Below are positions 37,669 through 47,102 of a stretch of DNA of 64,000 nucleotides, piece after piece; positions within the stretch are counted from its first letter, which is position 1, and every line of letters starts with the position of its first letter. A program made the translations under genes and the position numbers. Where the stretch lies: contig JBKAGP010000001.1 in the NCBI GenBank assembly GCA_046290465.1, forward strand, positions 4,544,001 through 4,608,000, given 5' to 3'. The notes beneath the pieces are model-generated. The model ran no database searches. It was not told where the DNA came from and saw only the letters and a program-made list of their open reading frames with translations. Source of the stretch: Planctomycetota bacterium. Lineage in GTDB: Bacteria > Planctomycetota > UBA1135 > UBA2386.

Positions 37669-39507
37669 TCACGAGATACGCATGCGTTGGACGAGGGTTG
37701 CGAGGGCGACGGCGGCGACGGCCATCCACGCGAGCGGCGCCCACACGGCTAGGTCGGCGTGCAGCCAGAGCGCGTCGGCGGCGCCGCGCGCGGTCGCGTC
37801 GAGGTAGGACAGCACGGACTGGTCGCGCCAGAACCACGGCATGTGGCTGGTCAGGAGCCAGCCGTCGTGTTCGGGATACCACAGCCGCGCGAGGTCGGGT
37901 GCGAGCAGCAGCACCAGGGCGACGGCCAGCGAGATCGCCGGGTGCCTGGCGATGGCCGACGCAGTGGCCGACAGCAGCACGATCGCGGCCAGCGGCAGCG
38001 TCAGCTGCGACAGCGCGACCAGCATCGTCGGCCAGACGTCGGCGGCGGCGGCGAGCAGGTCGCGGTCGCCGTAGCGGCTGACCTCTTCGAGGTCGCCGAA
38101 GCCGACCGTCGCCCAGCTCGCGACCAGCGCGGTCGCGACCAGCGCCAACCAGCCGACCGCCGCGGTCGTGAACAGCACCAGCACCTTGCCGACCAGCACG
38201 TCCTGGCGACGCAGGCTGCGGATCAGCGTGTTGCGCAGGGTGTCGGCCGACACGTCGGCCGCGATCGTTTGGCTCGCGAACCACAGCAGCGCCAGCGCCA
38301 GGACCGGGGTCGCCGCCTGCAGCGCCTGCGCGACGGCGAGGTAGCCGCTGCCGGCGTCGGCGCTGAACCGTTCGCCCGACTCGACCAGCGCGAGGCCGTC
38401 GCCGACCTTGCCGCTGTAGTGGTCGACCGCGAACACAGCCACCACGCACGGCAGCAACAGCAGCGGCAGCGTCGAGCGACGGTGCAGCATCGTCGTCGCC
38501 TCGAACCAGAACGAACGGCGCCGCGCCGCGTCGGTGCGGCCGATCGCCGGCTCCGGTGGCGCCGTCGGCGGCTGCTGCGGACGCGCCTCGGGCAGCGGCA
38601 ATTCGACGTCGGCGGCCTGCATGTAGATCCGTTCGAGGGTCGCCTGTTCGGGCCCGAACGACGTCAGCTCGGCGGCGTTGGCGAGCGCGCGGGTGACCTC
38701 GCCGGCAGGCTGCGTGCCGAGGTCGACCAGCAGGCGGTCGCCGTCGCGCACCGGCTGCAGCGACCGTTCGGTGAGCTGCTGCTGCAGGGTTTCGAGCGGC
38801 GTGCCGCGCACGACGTGGCGCACGCCGACGTGGCGACGCAGCGTGTCGAGGTCGCCCTCGGCGACCATGCGGCCGTCGCGCAGCACACCGACGCGGTTGC
38901 ACAGGCCGTCGAGTTCGGCGAGCTGGTGGCTCGACAGCATCACCGCGACGCCCTCGTCGCGGGTCAACCGCTGCAGCAGCGCGCGCAGGTCGGCGATGCC
39001 CTCGGGGTCGAGGCCGTTGGTCGGCTCGTCGAGCAGCAGCAGCCGCGGCCGGCCGAGCATCGCCTGCGCGATCCCGAGCCGCTGCCGCATGCCCATCGAG
39101 AACGCGCCGACGCGCCGGTCGATCGCATCGCCCAGCCCGACCGCCTCGATCACCCGCTGGGTCTCGACGTTGGCGAGCTTGCGGGCCATGCCCTGCAGCC
39201 GCGCGAGTGCAACGAGGTTGTGTCGGGCGGATACGTGCCGGTGGAAGCCGGGGCGTTCGATCAGGGCTCCGAGCAGGCCGTTGGCCTCGCGTCGATGGCG
39301 GCGCGGATCGGCGCCGAACACCCGCACTTCGCCGCGCGTCGGCGGCAGCAGGCCGAGGCACAGGCGCATCACGGTGGTCTTGCCGGCGCCGTTGTGGCCG
39401 AGGAAGCCGTAGCAGTCGCCCGGCTCGAGATGCAACGACACGCCGTCGACGGCTCGGAAGGAGCCGTAGCCGAAGTGCAGGTCCCGCAGTTCCAGTGCGT
39501 CATTCAC
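37669..39507 (-). CDS. ABC transporter ATP-binding domain fused to an ABC-2 type permease
   Basis: GHNGAGKTT, FSMGMRQRLG, LLLDEPTNGLDP, SSHQLAE, then about 6 TM helices with a TLRNTLIRS..VLVGK motif. Confidence 0.9.
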   Translation of the reverse strand: MNDALELRDLHFGYGSFRAVDGVSLHLEPGDCYGFLGHNGAGKTTVMRLCLGLLPPTRGEVRVFGADPRRHRREANGLLGALIERPGFHRHVSARHNLVALARLQGMARKLANVETQRVIEAVGLGDAIDRRVGAFSMGMRQRLGIAQAMLGRPRLLLLDEPTNGLDPEGIADLRALLQRLTRDEGVAVMLSSHQLAELDGLCNRVGVLRDGRMVAEGDLDTLRRHVGVRHVVRGTPLETLQQQLTERSLQPVRDGDRLLVDLGTQPAGEVTRALANAAELTSFGPEQATLERIYMQAADVELPLPEARPQQPPTAPPEPAIGRTDAARRRSFWFEATTMLHRRSTLPLLLLPCVVAVFAVDHYSGKVGDGLALVESGERFSADAGSGYLAVAQALQAATPVLALALLWFASQTIAADVSADTLRNTLIRSLRRQDVLVGKVLVLFTTAAVGWLALVATALVASWATVGFGDLEEVSRYGDRDLLAAAADVWPTMLVALSQLTLPLAAIVLLSATASAIARHPAISLAVALVLLLAPDLARLWYPEHDGWLLTSHMPWFWRDQSVLSYLDATARGAADALWLHADLAVWAPLAWMAVAAVALATLVQRMRIS

Positions 39508-39587
39508 GCGGCTGCGATGCTCCCCGGTGGCGTCAGGACTTCAAGACGCGGCGGGCAGGACTTCGTATCATCCGCACCCCCTCGACC

Positions 39588-40775
39588 ATGCACGTTCTTC
39601 ATCGCGCCTTCGCGCGGACAGCGGCGCGCCGGCGCCATCTCGACCAGGCCAACCTGCTGCGTTCGCTGACCCTCGTCATCAACGGTGTGCCGGGCGGCAT
39701 CAACCTCGGCCAGGGTGTCTGCGACATGGATTCGCCCGAACCGCTGGTGAAGGGCGCGATCGCGTCGATCGGCGGCGAGGACCGGCAGCTCTACACGCCG
39801 TATGCCGGCCTGCCCGAACTGCGCGAGGCGATCGCCCACAAGCTGCGGCGGCACAACGGCCTCGACTACGGCGCCGACAACGTCGCGGTCTGCACCGGCA
39901 GCAGCGGCGCGTTCTTCGCCGCCGGCATGACGCTGTTCGAGCCGGGGGACGAGGTGGTGCTGTTTGAGCCGTTCTACAGCTACCACTGGACGACGATCCC
40001 GCTGTTCGGCGCGGTGCCCAGGGCCGTGCGTCTGCAGGGCCAGCAGCTGGCGTTCGATCCCGACGCGCTGCGCGCGCAGCTGACCGACCGCACCCGCGCG
40101 GTGATGGTCAACACGCCGGGCAACCCGTCGGGCAAGGTCTGGACGCGCGACGAGCTGCGGGAGCTGGCCAAGGTGCTCGATGGCACCGACGTCGCGGTGC
40201 TGACCGACGAGGTCTACGAGTACATGTGCTTCGACGGCCGCGAACACGTGTCGCCGGCGGCGGTGCCGGAGCTCGCCGAACGCACGCTGACGATGAACTC
40301 GTTCAGCAAGACGTTCTCGATCACCGGCTGGCGCGTCGGCTTCCTCGCGGGTCCGGCCGAGATCGTCGAGAAGTGCGGGGTGGTGTTCGACCAGATCGAA
40401 GTCTGCGCCGCGCGTCCGACCCAGCGCGGCGTGCAGCGCGCGCTCGAGCAGCTGCCGGACAGCTACTACTCGGACCTGCAGCGCGAGTACGAAGCCAAGC
40501 GCGACCTGTTCTGCGCGGCGCTGCAGGACGCGGGTTTCCGCTTCGACGTGCCGCAGGGCGCGTACTACGTGCTCGCCGATTATTCGGATGTGTTCGGTGA
40601 CGTGACGCCCTACGAGGCGGTCACCACGATGATCGAGCGCATCGGCGTCAACGCGGTGCCCGGCGACCTGTTCTTCGCCGAGCCCGACGGCGTGCGCTGC
40701 ATGCGTTTCCAGTTCGCCGTCGAACGGGCCGTCCTGGCCGAGGCGGCCGAGCGACTCAGGAGCCTCTCCCAATGA
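39588..40775 (+). CDS. PLP-dependent aminotransferase class I/II
   Basis: INLGQG, YTPYAGLPELREAIA, NTPGNPSG, DEVYE, SFSKTFSITGWRVG. Confidence 0.92.
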   Translation: MHVLHRAFARTAARRRHLDQANLLRSLTLVINGVPGGINLGQGVCDMDSPEPLVKGAIASIGGEDRQLYTPYAGLPELREAIAHKLRRHNGLDYGADNVAVCTGSSGAFFAAGMTLFEPGDEVVLFEPFYSYHWTTIPLFGAVPRAVRLQGQQLAFDPDALRAQLTDRTRAVMVNTPGNPSGKVWTRDELRELAKVLDGTDVAVLTDEVYEYMCFDGREHVSPAAVPELAERTLTMNSFSKTFSITGWRVGFLAGPAEIVEKCGVVFDQIEVCAARPTQRGVQRALEQLPDSYYSDLQREYEAKRDLFCAALQDAGFRFDVPQGAYYVLADYSDVFGDVTPYEAVTTMIERIGVNAVPGDLFFAEPDGVRCMRFQFAVERAVLAEAAERLRSLSQ

Positions 40776-43267
40776 CCCCTCAGATCCTGAATGTCCGTGC
40801 ATGGATGTCGTTCGCCGCGGCATTTGTCCTGATCCACTCGGCGAGCGCGCAGGTGGCCGAGCCGGAGGCGGGCCTTGTCGCGCAAAACCAGGCGCGGCTC
40901 GACGCCAACAGCGACGTCGTGGTGCTCAACGTTGCAGCGCACCCGGATGACGAGTCGTCGCGCACCAACACGGTGCTCCGTCGCAAGCACGGTCTGCGCG
41001 TCGTGCAGGTCTACTCGACCTACGGGGATGGCGGGCAGAATGCCATTGGGCGCGAGATCGGTCCGGCGCTGGCGAAGATCCGCGTGCGCGAGACGCTGCG
41101 GGCTGCGGCCATGTCGGGTGCAGACGTGCGTTGGCTCGGCATGCCGGACTTCGGCTTCAGCAAGACCCGTGAGGAGACGTTGAAGTTCTGGGGCAGCGAG
41201 GAACTGCTCACTCGCATGCGCAAGGTGTTCGACGAGGTCGATCCCGACATCGTGATCACCAACCACTCGCTGGATCGCGGCCACGGCCACCACCGCGCGT
41301 CGATCTGGGCGGCGATCGAGCTGCTCAAGGAGCGCCAGGCGAACGGTCGATTCGTGCCGCGCCTCTACGCGCGGTGCGGGGTCGACAAGGCGCAGCTGGC
41401 GATCGTCACCGGCGAACTCGATCCGGCTCGCGGCAAGACCTATGCGCGGCTGGCGTGGGACGCCTGGACGCAGCACGAGAGTCAGGGCCCCTGGGGCGAA
41501 CACGACCCGCTGCGAGTCGGGCGCGACTACTGGCGCGTCGTCTACCCGGAGGGCGTTACGAAGCGCGATGCGGAAGACCTGTCACAGTGGGCTGCCCGAA
41601 AGCGTGGCCAGCAGAGTGAGCTGGTCGCCGAGGCTCGTCGTTGCCTCGCGGAGGGTGTCGGGCAAGGTGAGCTGCTGAGCGTCTTCCGCAAGGTCCACCA
41701 GCACTACGAGGATCTGCTTGTCACCAGCCGGCTGCTGACTGCGCAAGAAGTGCAGCTCAGCCGCCAGTACGCTCCCCTGCACGATGCCATGCAGCGCCTG
41801 TATCTGGCTCGATCCGGCGTTCGCGCCGAGGTCTGGTTGGATCGGGAAGACGTGCCGCGCGGTGGCGTCGGCAAGGGGTTCGTGGTCGTGCACGGGCACG
41901 AGCGCGTCTCGGACATCGTCGTGCGCAGCAATCGCGGCGGCGTAGGCGTGCCGATCACCAGGCCCGTGCGGCAGACCCCGTTCGACGACCGTCCGCGTCA
42001 GGCAGCACGGCCGACGGCGCCGGGACCTGCGCCGACGGTTTCGAAGCCGGCCGGTCCCGCACCGACGGGTCCTTTGCAGCCGGGCCCGGGAGGGCTACCG
42101 GCAGTGCCGAAATCGCCATCGCCGTCGGGCCAGGGGGCCGCAAACCCGCGGCAGGCGCCGCTTCCGGGGCGCTACGAGTTCACGTTTGCTTGCGCCTACG
42201 GCGCGGGCGACGAGGTGCCGGATGGCCCTGAGCCGGACTTCGTGACGGTGTGGATCTACTTCGTGCTCGACGGTCAGAAGTTCATGATCAGCGAGCGCCT
42301 TCCGTACACCCCGGTCGAACCGGTCGAGCTGACCTTCGACCGCGAAGTCGTGCTGGTGCCGCGCGGCCAGAAGAGCGAACGGCTGCTCAGCGTGATCGCC
42401 GAGAGCCACCTGGACGCGCCGGTTGCTGCCGCGGTGCAGCTGCAGATGGGGCCCGGGATCGAAGCTGCGGCGACCCCGAGCCGGCTGACGTTGACCAACG
42501 AACAGCGCGAGGCGCGCATCCAGGTGCGCGCGACCATCGACGCGACCGAGATGACCGCCGACGCCGGCCTCGCGATCGGCTTCGACGACGGCAACGTGCG
42601 CCTGCCGCTGCGGCTGATCGACGTGACCGTTCCCGAAGGCCTCAACGTCGCGCTGGTGCGCGGCCCCGAGGACTCGACCGAGCGCACGCTCGCCGACCTC
42701 GGCATCCCGTTCACCAACCTCGACCGCGACGCGCTGGTCGCCGCCAACCTCGACGAGTTCTCGGTCGTGCTGCTCGACATCCGCGCCTACCACCACCGGC
42801 CGGAGCTGGCCGAGGTGCGCGAGCGCCTGCAGCAGTTCTGCCGCGGCGGGGGACGGGTGGTGTCGATGTACCACAAGCCGCGCGAGTGGAACGCCAAGGA
42901 AGGCCACCCGCTGCTGTCGCCGTTCGCGCTGACCGTCGGCAACGAGCGCGTCACCGAGGAGGATGCCGAGGTCCAGCTGCTCGCCCCCGGGCACCGGCTG
43001 ATGAGCTACCCGCACCAGATCGTCGCGGCGGACTTCGACGGGTGGGTGCAGGAGCGCGGCCTGAACTTCCCGCGCACGTGGGACGACGCCTGGACGCCGA
43101 TGCTCGGCATGAAGGACACCGGCGAGGACAAGCTGCACCACGGCTCGCTGCTCTACACCAGCTACGGCAAGGGTGACTTCGTGTATTGCTCGCTGTCGCT
43201 GTATCGCCAGCTGCGCAAGGGCAACCCGGGTGCGGTGCGGCTGCTGGTGAACCTGCTGTCGAAGTAG
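40772..43267 (+). CDS. Secreted PIG-L/LmbE family deacetylase with C-terminal GATase-like domain
   Basis: ATGA overlap with the aminotransferase. AHPDDE, GDGGQN.IG.E, DFGFSKT, GHGHH, DFDGWVQERGL, LYRQL. Confidence 0.87.
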   Translation: MTPQILNVRAWMSFAAAFVLIHSASAQVAEPEAGLVAQNQARLDANSDVVVLNVAAHPDDESSRTNTVLRRKHGLRVVQVYSTYGDGGQNAIGREIGPALAKIRVRETLRAAAMSGADVRWLGMPDFGFSKTREETLKFWGSEELLTRMRKVFDEVDPDIVITNHSLDRGHGHHRASIWAAIELLKERQANGRFVPRLYARCGVDKAQLAIVTGELDPARGKTYARLAWDAWTQHESQGPWGEHDPLRVGRDYWRVVYPEGVTKRDAEDLSQWAARKRGQQSELVAEARRCLAEGVGQGELLSVFRKVHQHYEDLLVTSRLLTAQEVQLSRQYAPLHDAMQRLYLARSGVRAEVWLDREDVPRGGVGKGFVVVHGHERVSDIVVRSNRGGVGVPITRPVRQTPFDDRPRQAARPTAPGPAPTVSKPAGPAPTGPLQPGPGGLPAVPKSPSPSGQGAANPRQAPLPGRYEFTFACAYGAGDEVPDGPEPDFVTVWIYFVLDGQKFMISERLPYTPVEPVELTFDREVVLVPRGQKSERLLSVIAESHLDAPVAAAVQLQMGPGIEAAATPSRLTLTNEQREARIQVRATIDATEMTADAGLAIGFDDGNVRLPLRLIDVTVPEGLNVALVRGPEDSTERTLADLGIPFTNLDRDALVAANLDEFSVVLLDIRAYHHRPELAEVRERLQQFCRGGGRVVSMYHKPREWNAKEGHPLLSPFALTVGNERVTEEDAEVQLLAPGHRLMSYPHQIVAADFDGWVQERGLNFPRTWDDAWTPMLGMKDTGEDKLHHGSLLYTSYGKGDFVYCSLSLYRQLRKGNPGAVRLLVNLLSK

Positions 43268-43288
43268 CGCGGCGTCGATCCGCCGTGG

Positions 43289-45271
43289 TCACGGCAGCCG
43301 CACGACGACGCGCGCGGTGTGGCTGGCCTCGATCGTCACGGTCTGGCGCCGTTCTCCCACCTGTTCGGCTCCACGTTGGCCGGCTCCACGTTGGCCGGCA
43401 CGGACGACGAGCTGGTAGCGGCCGGGCGGCAGCACGTCGACGAGTTTGCTGTCCGCGAGCGCCAGCAGTTGCCCCGGTCCGGCGATGCGCCGGTCGCCGG
43501 TGACCGACGTGCCGATCGTCTGCGGCGTGTGCACGGTGCCGGCGCCGTCGGTCAGCGTGAACGACGCCGCGATCGGGGTGTCGTTGGCGTCGTGCGCGAC
43601 CAGCCGCAGGCGGCCGCCGAGCGCGATGTCGAAGGTGTCGGAGAAACCGGTCGGTGGCACCGAGCACGAGGCCTCGTGGCGCAGGAGGTAGCGTGCGATG
43701 GGGTCGTCGGGGTCGGCCAGCACGTGCAGGCGGTAGTCGCCCGGCGGCACCTTCATCACGAACGGCTCGTCGCTGCGCGCACGCTGCACGTGGATCGTGC
43801 GCGGCCGGCCGCCGTCGAGCGGGTGCCACGCAAACGCCGCCCGCAGCGCCGTGCGTGCCGATCGCAGCGTGATGCGCGCCTCGGCCAACGCCTCGGTGTG
43901 CAGCGCGAGTCGGACGGTGGGCGGCCGCGTCGCCGGGTCGAGCGTGCGCGTCGGCGAGGCCCCCTGTGGAGCGCGCGCCTGGACCTCGACGGTGCGCTCG
44001 TCGAGCGTCACGACGAGCCGGCCGCTGGCGTCGGTCGGCAGCTCCATGCCGTCGATGGAGACGTGGCCGGAGACCGGGCGTTCGTCGTGCACGACCTCGA
44101 TCGTGATCGGGTCGCCCGGTGCGACCAGCTGCACGTGACCCGGTGCCGACACCGTGGTGCGCGGCTCGCCGGCGAGCAGCAGCGGGTTGCTCGCCGTGGC
44201 CGTGACGACGAACGGCACGCCCGGTGCGAGCCAGATCGAGAAGTCGCCGTTGGCGTCGGTCAGGCCCCAGCTCGTGCCGAACACGCGCGAGCCGTTCCAC
44301 AGCAGGTCGCCGCGCCAGCGCGCACCGCCGACCGGGTGCGGCACGCAGCGCACGTCGGCGATGCCGGCGCCGTCGGCGTAGGTGACCCGTCCGGTCAGCC
44401 GTGCGGCGCGTGCCAGGGTCAGGTCCGCGACTTGCCGCGGCAGGCCGAACGTGCCCGCGGTCCGCACGCAGGCCGGCACGATCGTCGCGTCGCCGGTGCG
44501 CTGGTCGAGGTCGGCGCGGGCGCCGGTCAGGCGCGCGACGTCGGGCGCGAAGCCGGTGAACGGCGTCGAGACGCGTTGCCCGGTGTCGACCGCGTCGGCG
44601 ACGAGCAGCAGCGGGACGTCCGGCGGCACGCGCAGCCGGTAGTCGCCGTTGGCGTCGGCGCCGGCCAGCGCGACCTCGGCTTCGGCCGGCCCGCTCGCGG
44701 TCATCGGGAACGCACGCACCCGGACCTGGCCGTCGTGTCCCGGCGGCCGCAGCACGCGGCCGCGCAGCAGCGCGATCGGCCGCACGGCGAACTCGTCCTC
44801 GCCGCGCAGCTGCAGGTCGTCGGTGCGCGTGTTGCCGTTGGCGATCTCGTAGTTGGGGTCGTCGGCGCGCACCTGCAACAACTGGAACGCCGGGTTGCGG
44901 GCCATCTTCGGCGGCGCAAACGTGCCGACGCCGCGTTCGTCGACGTCGACGTCGATGTGGCGGCGGCGCTCGACGATCAGCGTCAGCCGCGAGGTCCACG
45001 GCACGCTGGCATCGAGGCCGGTCAGGCGCACCGTCCAGAGCTCTGCAGCGCGCGGATCGGCGGCGCCGGCGATGCCACCCTCCAGCCGTTCGCGTTGTGG
45101 CGGATCGGCGCCTTGGTCGGCCGCTCGGGAAGGCGAGGCGTCCCGGGCCGACGCGTGCATCGGGGCCGGCGCGTCGTCCGGACGCAGGTCGCCGCCGCGC
45201 CACAGCCACCATGCCGCGAGCGAAGCCGCGAGGGTGACGACTGCGAACATCCACCGGCGCATCGGCGCCAC
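43289..45271 (-). CDS. Membrane-anchored protein with carboxypeptidase-regulatory-like domains
   Basis: N-terminal TM helix (WMFAVVTLAASLAAWWLW); ADANGDYRL, LTGRVTYADG, TDANGDF, VPPGDYRL, LPPGRYQL. A 15-bp duplication (GQRGA x2) at 43366-43395. Confidence 0.65.
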   Translation of the reverse strand: MAPMRRWMFAVVTLAASLAAWWLWRGGDLRPDDAPAPMHASARDASPSRAADQGADPPQRERLEGGIAGAADPRAAELWTVRLTGLDASVPWTSRLTLIVERRRHIDVDVDERGVGTFAPPKMARNPAFQLLQVRADDPNYEIANGNTRTDDLQLRGEDEFAVRPIALLRGRVLRPPGHDGQVRVRAFPMTASGPAEAEVALAGADANGDYRLRVPPDVPLLLVADAVDTGQRVSTPFTGFAPDVARLTGARADLDQRTGDATIVPACVRTAGTFGLPRQVADLTLARAARLTGRVTYADGAGIADVRCVPHPVGGARWRGDLLWNGSRVFGTSWGLTDANGDFSIWLAPGVPFVVTATASNPLLLAGEPRTTVSAPGHVQLVAPGDPITIEVVHDERPVSGHVSIDGMELPTDASGRLVVTLDERTVEVQARAPQGASPTRTLDPATRPPTVRLALHTEALAEARITLRSARTALRAAFAWHPLDGGRPRTIHVQRARSDEPFVMKVPPGDYRLHVLADPDDPIARYLLRHEASCSVPPTGFSDTFDIALGGRLRLVAHDANDTPIAASFTLTDGAGTVHTPQTIGTSVTGDRRIAGPGQLLALADSKLVDVLPPGRYQLVVRAGQRGAGQRGAEQVGERRQTVTIEASHTARVVVRLP

Positions 45272-45307
45272 GCTATCCGATGCGCGGACGGCGCGAACCG
45301 GCCCGGG

Positions 45308-46078
45308 CTACTTCTTGTCGGCGAGCTGGCGCTTCAGTTCGCGCACTTCGCGCTCGAGCGCGTCCAGCCGCTGCATCAGCCGCTGCACCCCGTCCGGTCG
45401 GGGCTGGTCGGGTTGGCCGACCCGGGGCGCCGCCATCTGGTCGAGCGCCCCGATCGCCTGGATCGTCTGCGCGATCTGGTCGGCGTAGCCGTGCAGGATC
45501 AGCGAACGTTCGCCGACGAACGCGATCGTCGGCGCGCCCGGCTGCCACTGCCGCATCATCGCGAAGTGGCTGCGCAGGCCGCTGGCGACGTGTTGCGCGT
45601 CGACGTGGTCGACCGAGACCGTCGTCATCACCAGCTCGCGATAGTGCGGCCGCCGCAGCACGTCCTGCGGACGCCGCCACGGGATCGCCGACATCGGGTG
45701 CGAGTGGCCGCTGGGCTCGAGCGGCACGACCTGGTAGAGGCCGCGTCGTTCGTCGAGCGGCAGCGCGGCCAGGTTGCGCGTCGACAGCAGCGCGTAGAGC
45801 ACCTCTTCGCTGCCGAGCGCGTCCAGCGCCAGCTCGCGCTGCAGCCGGAACGGTGCGCGCTCCATCACGACGTTGGGATCGTAGAGGTAGTTGCGGCACA
45901 GGTAGCCGGCGGTCGCCTCGATCAGCTCGGCGACCGAGAACTCGCCGGCCGGCAGCACCATGCCGTGCTTGCCGGTGACGATGTCGCCGTGGCGCTCGGT
46001 GCCGCGCACGAGCACCTCGACGCTCTGCGCACCCGCCGGAGCGGCGAGCGCGCATGCGAGCAGGGCGAGGCGGAGCAT
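45308..46078 (-). CDS. Periplasmic protein with secretin N0/N1-like domains and C-terminal coiled coil, no secretin barrel
   Basis: Signal peptide; VAELIEATAGYLCRNYLY (N0-like); MTTVSVDHVDAQHVASGLRSHF..SLILHGYADQIAQTIQAIGALD (Secretin_N-like); heptad tail. Confidence 0.7.
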   Translation of the reverse strand: MLRLALLACALAAPAGAQSVEVLVRGTERHGDIVTGKHGMVLPAGEFSVAELIEATAGYLCRNYLYDPNVVMERAPFRLQRELALDALGSEEVLYALLSTRNLAALPLDERRGLYQVVPLEPSGHSHPMSAIPWRRPQDVLRRPHYRELVMTTVSVDHVDAQHVASGLRSHFAMMRQWQPGAPTIAFVGERSLILHGYADQIAQTIQAIGALDQMAAPRVGQPDQPRPDGVQRLMQRLDALEREVRELKRQLADKK

Positions 46079-46082
46079 CGCG

Positions 46083-46820
46083 CTACTTCGCCTTCTTCAG
46101 CAGGGCGTCGATGCGCTTCTCGAGCTTCGCGATGCGGGCCTCGAGCTTCTCGACGTACTGCGGCATCGGTTGGCCCTGGTAGCCTTCGACCGGCTGCTCG
46201 ACGTCACACAGGCGGATCATGCGGATCGCCTGCGCGACCTGGTCCTGGAAGCCCTGCAGGAGCAGCGACGACCGGTTGCCGACGTTGCCGATCGACAGGT
46301 AGCTGCCGGCATGGCCGCCGCCGCTGTGGGCGAAGAACGGCCGCAGGGCGTTGTTCGCGAGCTGGGCGTTGATGTGGTTGAGCTTGACGACCGTGATCAC
46401 CATCGCCTTGAGTTCGGGCCGCGCGAGGATCTCCTCGTTCGACTTGTGGGTGGCGCTGTTGGCAATCTCACGACCGCGCTGGCCGGCCATCATGATGACC
46501 TCGTAGACGTCGCGCTTGGGGTCGATCGGGGTCACGGCGAAGCCCTTGCGGTAGAGCAACCCGTAGAGCAGTTCCTCGCAGCCGTCGAGGTCGGTGACGA
46601 TCTGCCGCTGCAGCTTGGTGCGCGCAGGCCCGGCGGCTCCGGACGTGACCTCCTGGTCGTTGTAGAGGATGTTCCACTCGAGGTAGCTGGCGCAGGCGTC
46701 GATCAGGTCGGTGATCGTGATCTCTCCGGCGGGCAGCACGAACGGGTCCTTCTGCTTGCTCTCCTGCGCGAAGGCGGGGGCGGCGAGCAGCATCAGCGAC
46801 ATCATGGCGAGGGTCTTCAT
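46083..46820 (-). CDS. Paralogous periplasmic secretin N0/N1-like protein with C-terminal coiled coil
   Basis: RBS AAGGAG; signal peptide APAFA-Q; ITDLIDACASYLEWNILY; ITVVKLNHINAQLANNALRPF..SLLLQGFQDQVAQAIRMIRLCD; VEKLEARIAKLEKRIDALL. Confidence 0.75.
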   Translation of the reverse strand: MKTLAMMSLMLLAAPAFAQESKQKDPFVLPAGEITITDLIDACASYLEWNILYNDQEVTSGAAGPARTKLQRQIVTDLDGCEELLYGLLYRKGFAVTPIDPKRDVYEVIMMAGQRGREIANSATHKSNEEILARPELKAMVITVVKLNHINAQLANNALRPFFAHSGGGHAGSYLSIGNVGNRSSLLLQGFQDQVAQAIRMIRLCDVEQPVEGYQGQPMPQYVEKLEARIAKLEKRIDALLKKAK

Positions 46821-46857
46821 CGGTTCTCCTTGGGTCTTCGTCAGGTCTGTTGGTGGT

Positions 46858-47024
46858 CTACTTGCGGGTGTGTTCCTGCAGCGCCTCGATGCGCTGCTCG
46901 AGTTCTCGGAGGCGCTTCGTCAGGCGTTCGATGCGGTCGGGTAGCCCGGCTTCGCCGTCGCCTCCTGCGACAGGAGCGGCGCGGCGGTGCGCAGCAGCAA
47001 CAGCGTCGGGATGTGGGGCTTCAT
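46858..47024 (-). pseudogene. Frameshifted mini-paralog: signal peptide plus the same C-terminal coiled coil, with the N0/N1 body missing
   Basis: MKPHIPTLLLLRTAAPLLSQ in one frame and GGDGEAGLPDRIERLTKRLRELEQRIEALQEHTRK* in another. The span is 167 nt, one base short of a 55-aa ORF. Confidence 0.55.
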
Positions 47025-47102
47025 CGGTATTCTCGGCGCGCTGGGACGTGCCTCGCGGTTCGGTTCTTCCCCGCGAACCGCGGGTTCGGCTACGGTCGCA
47101 AC

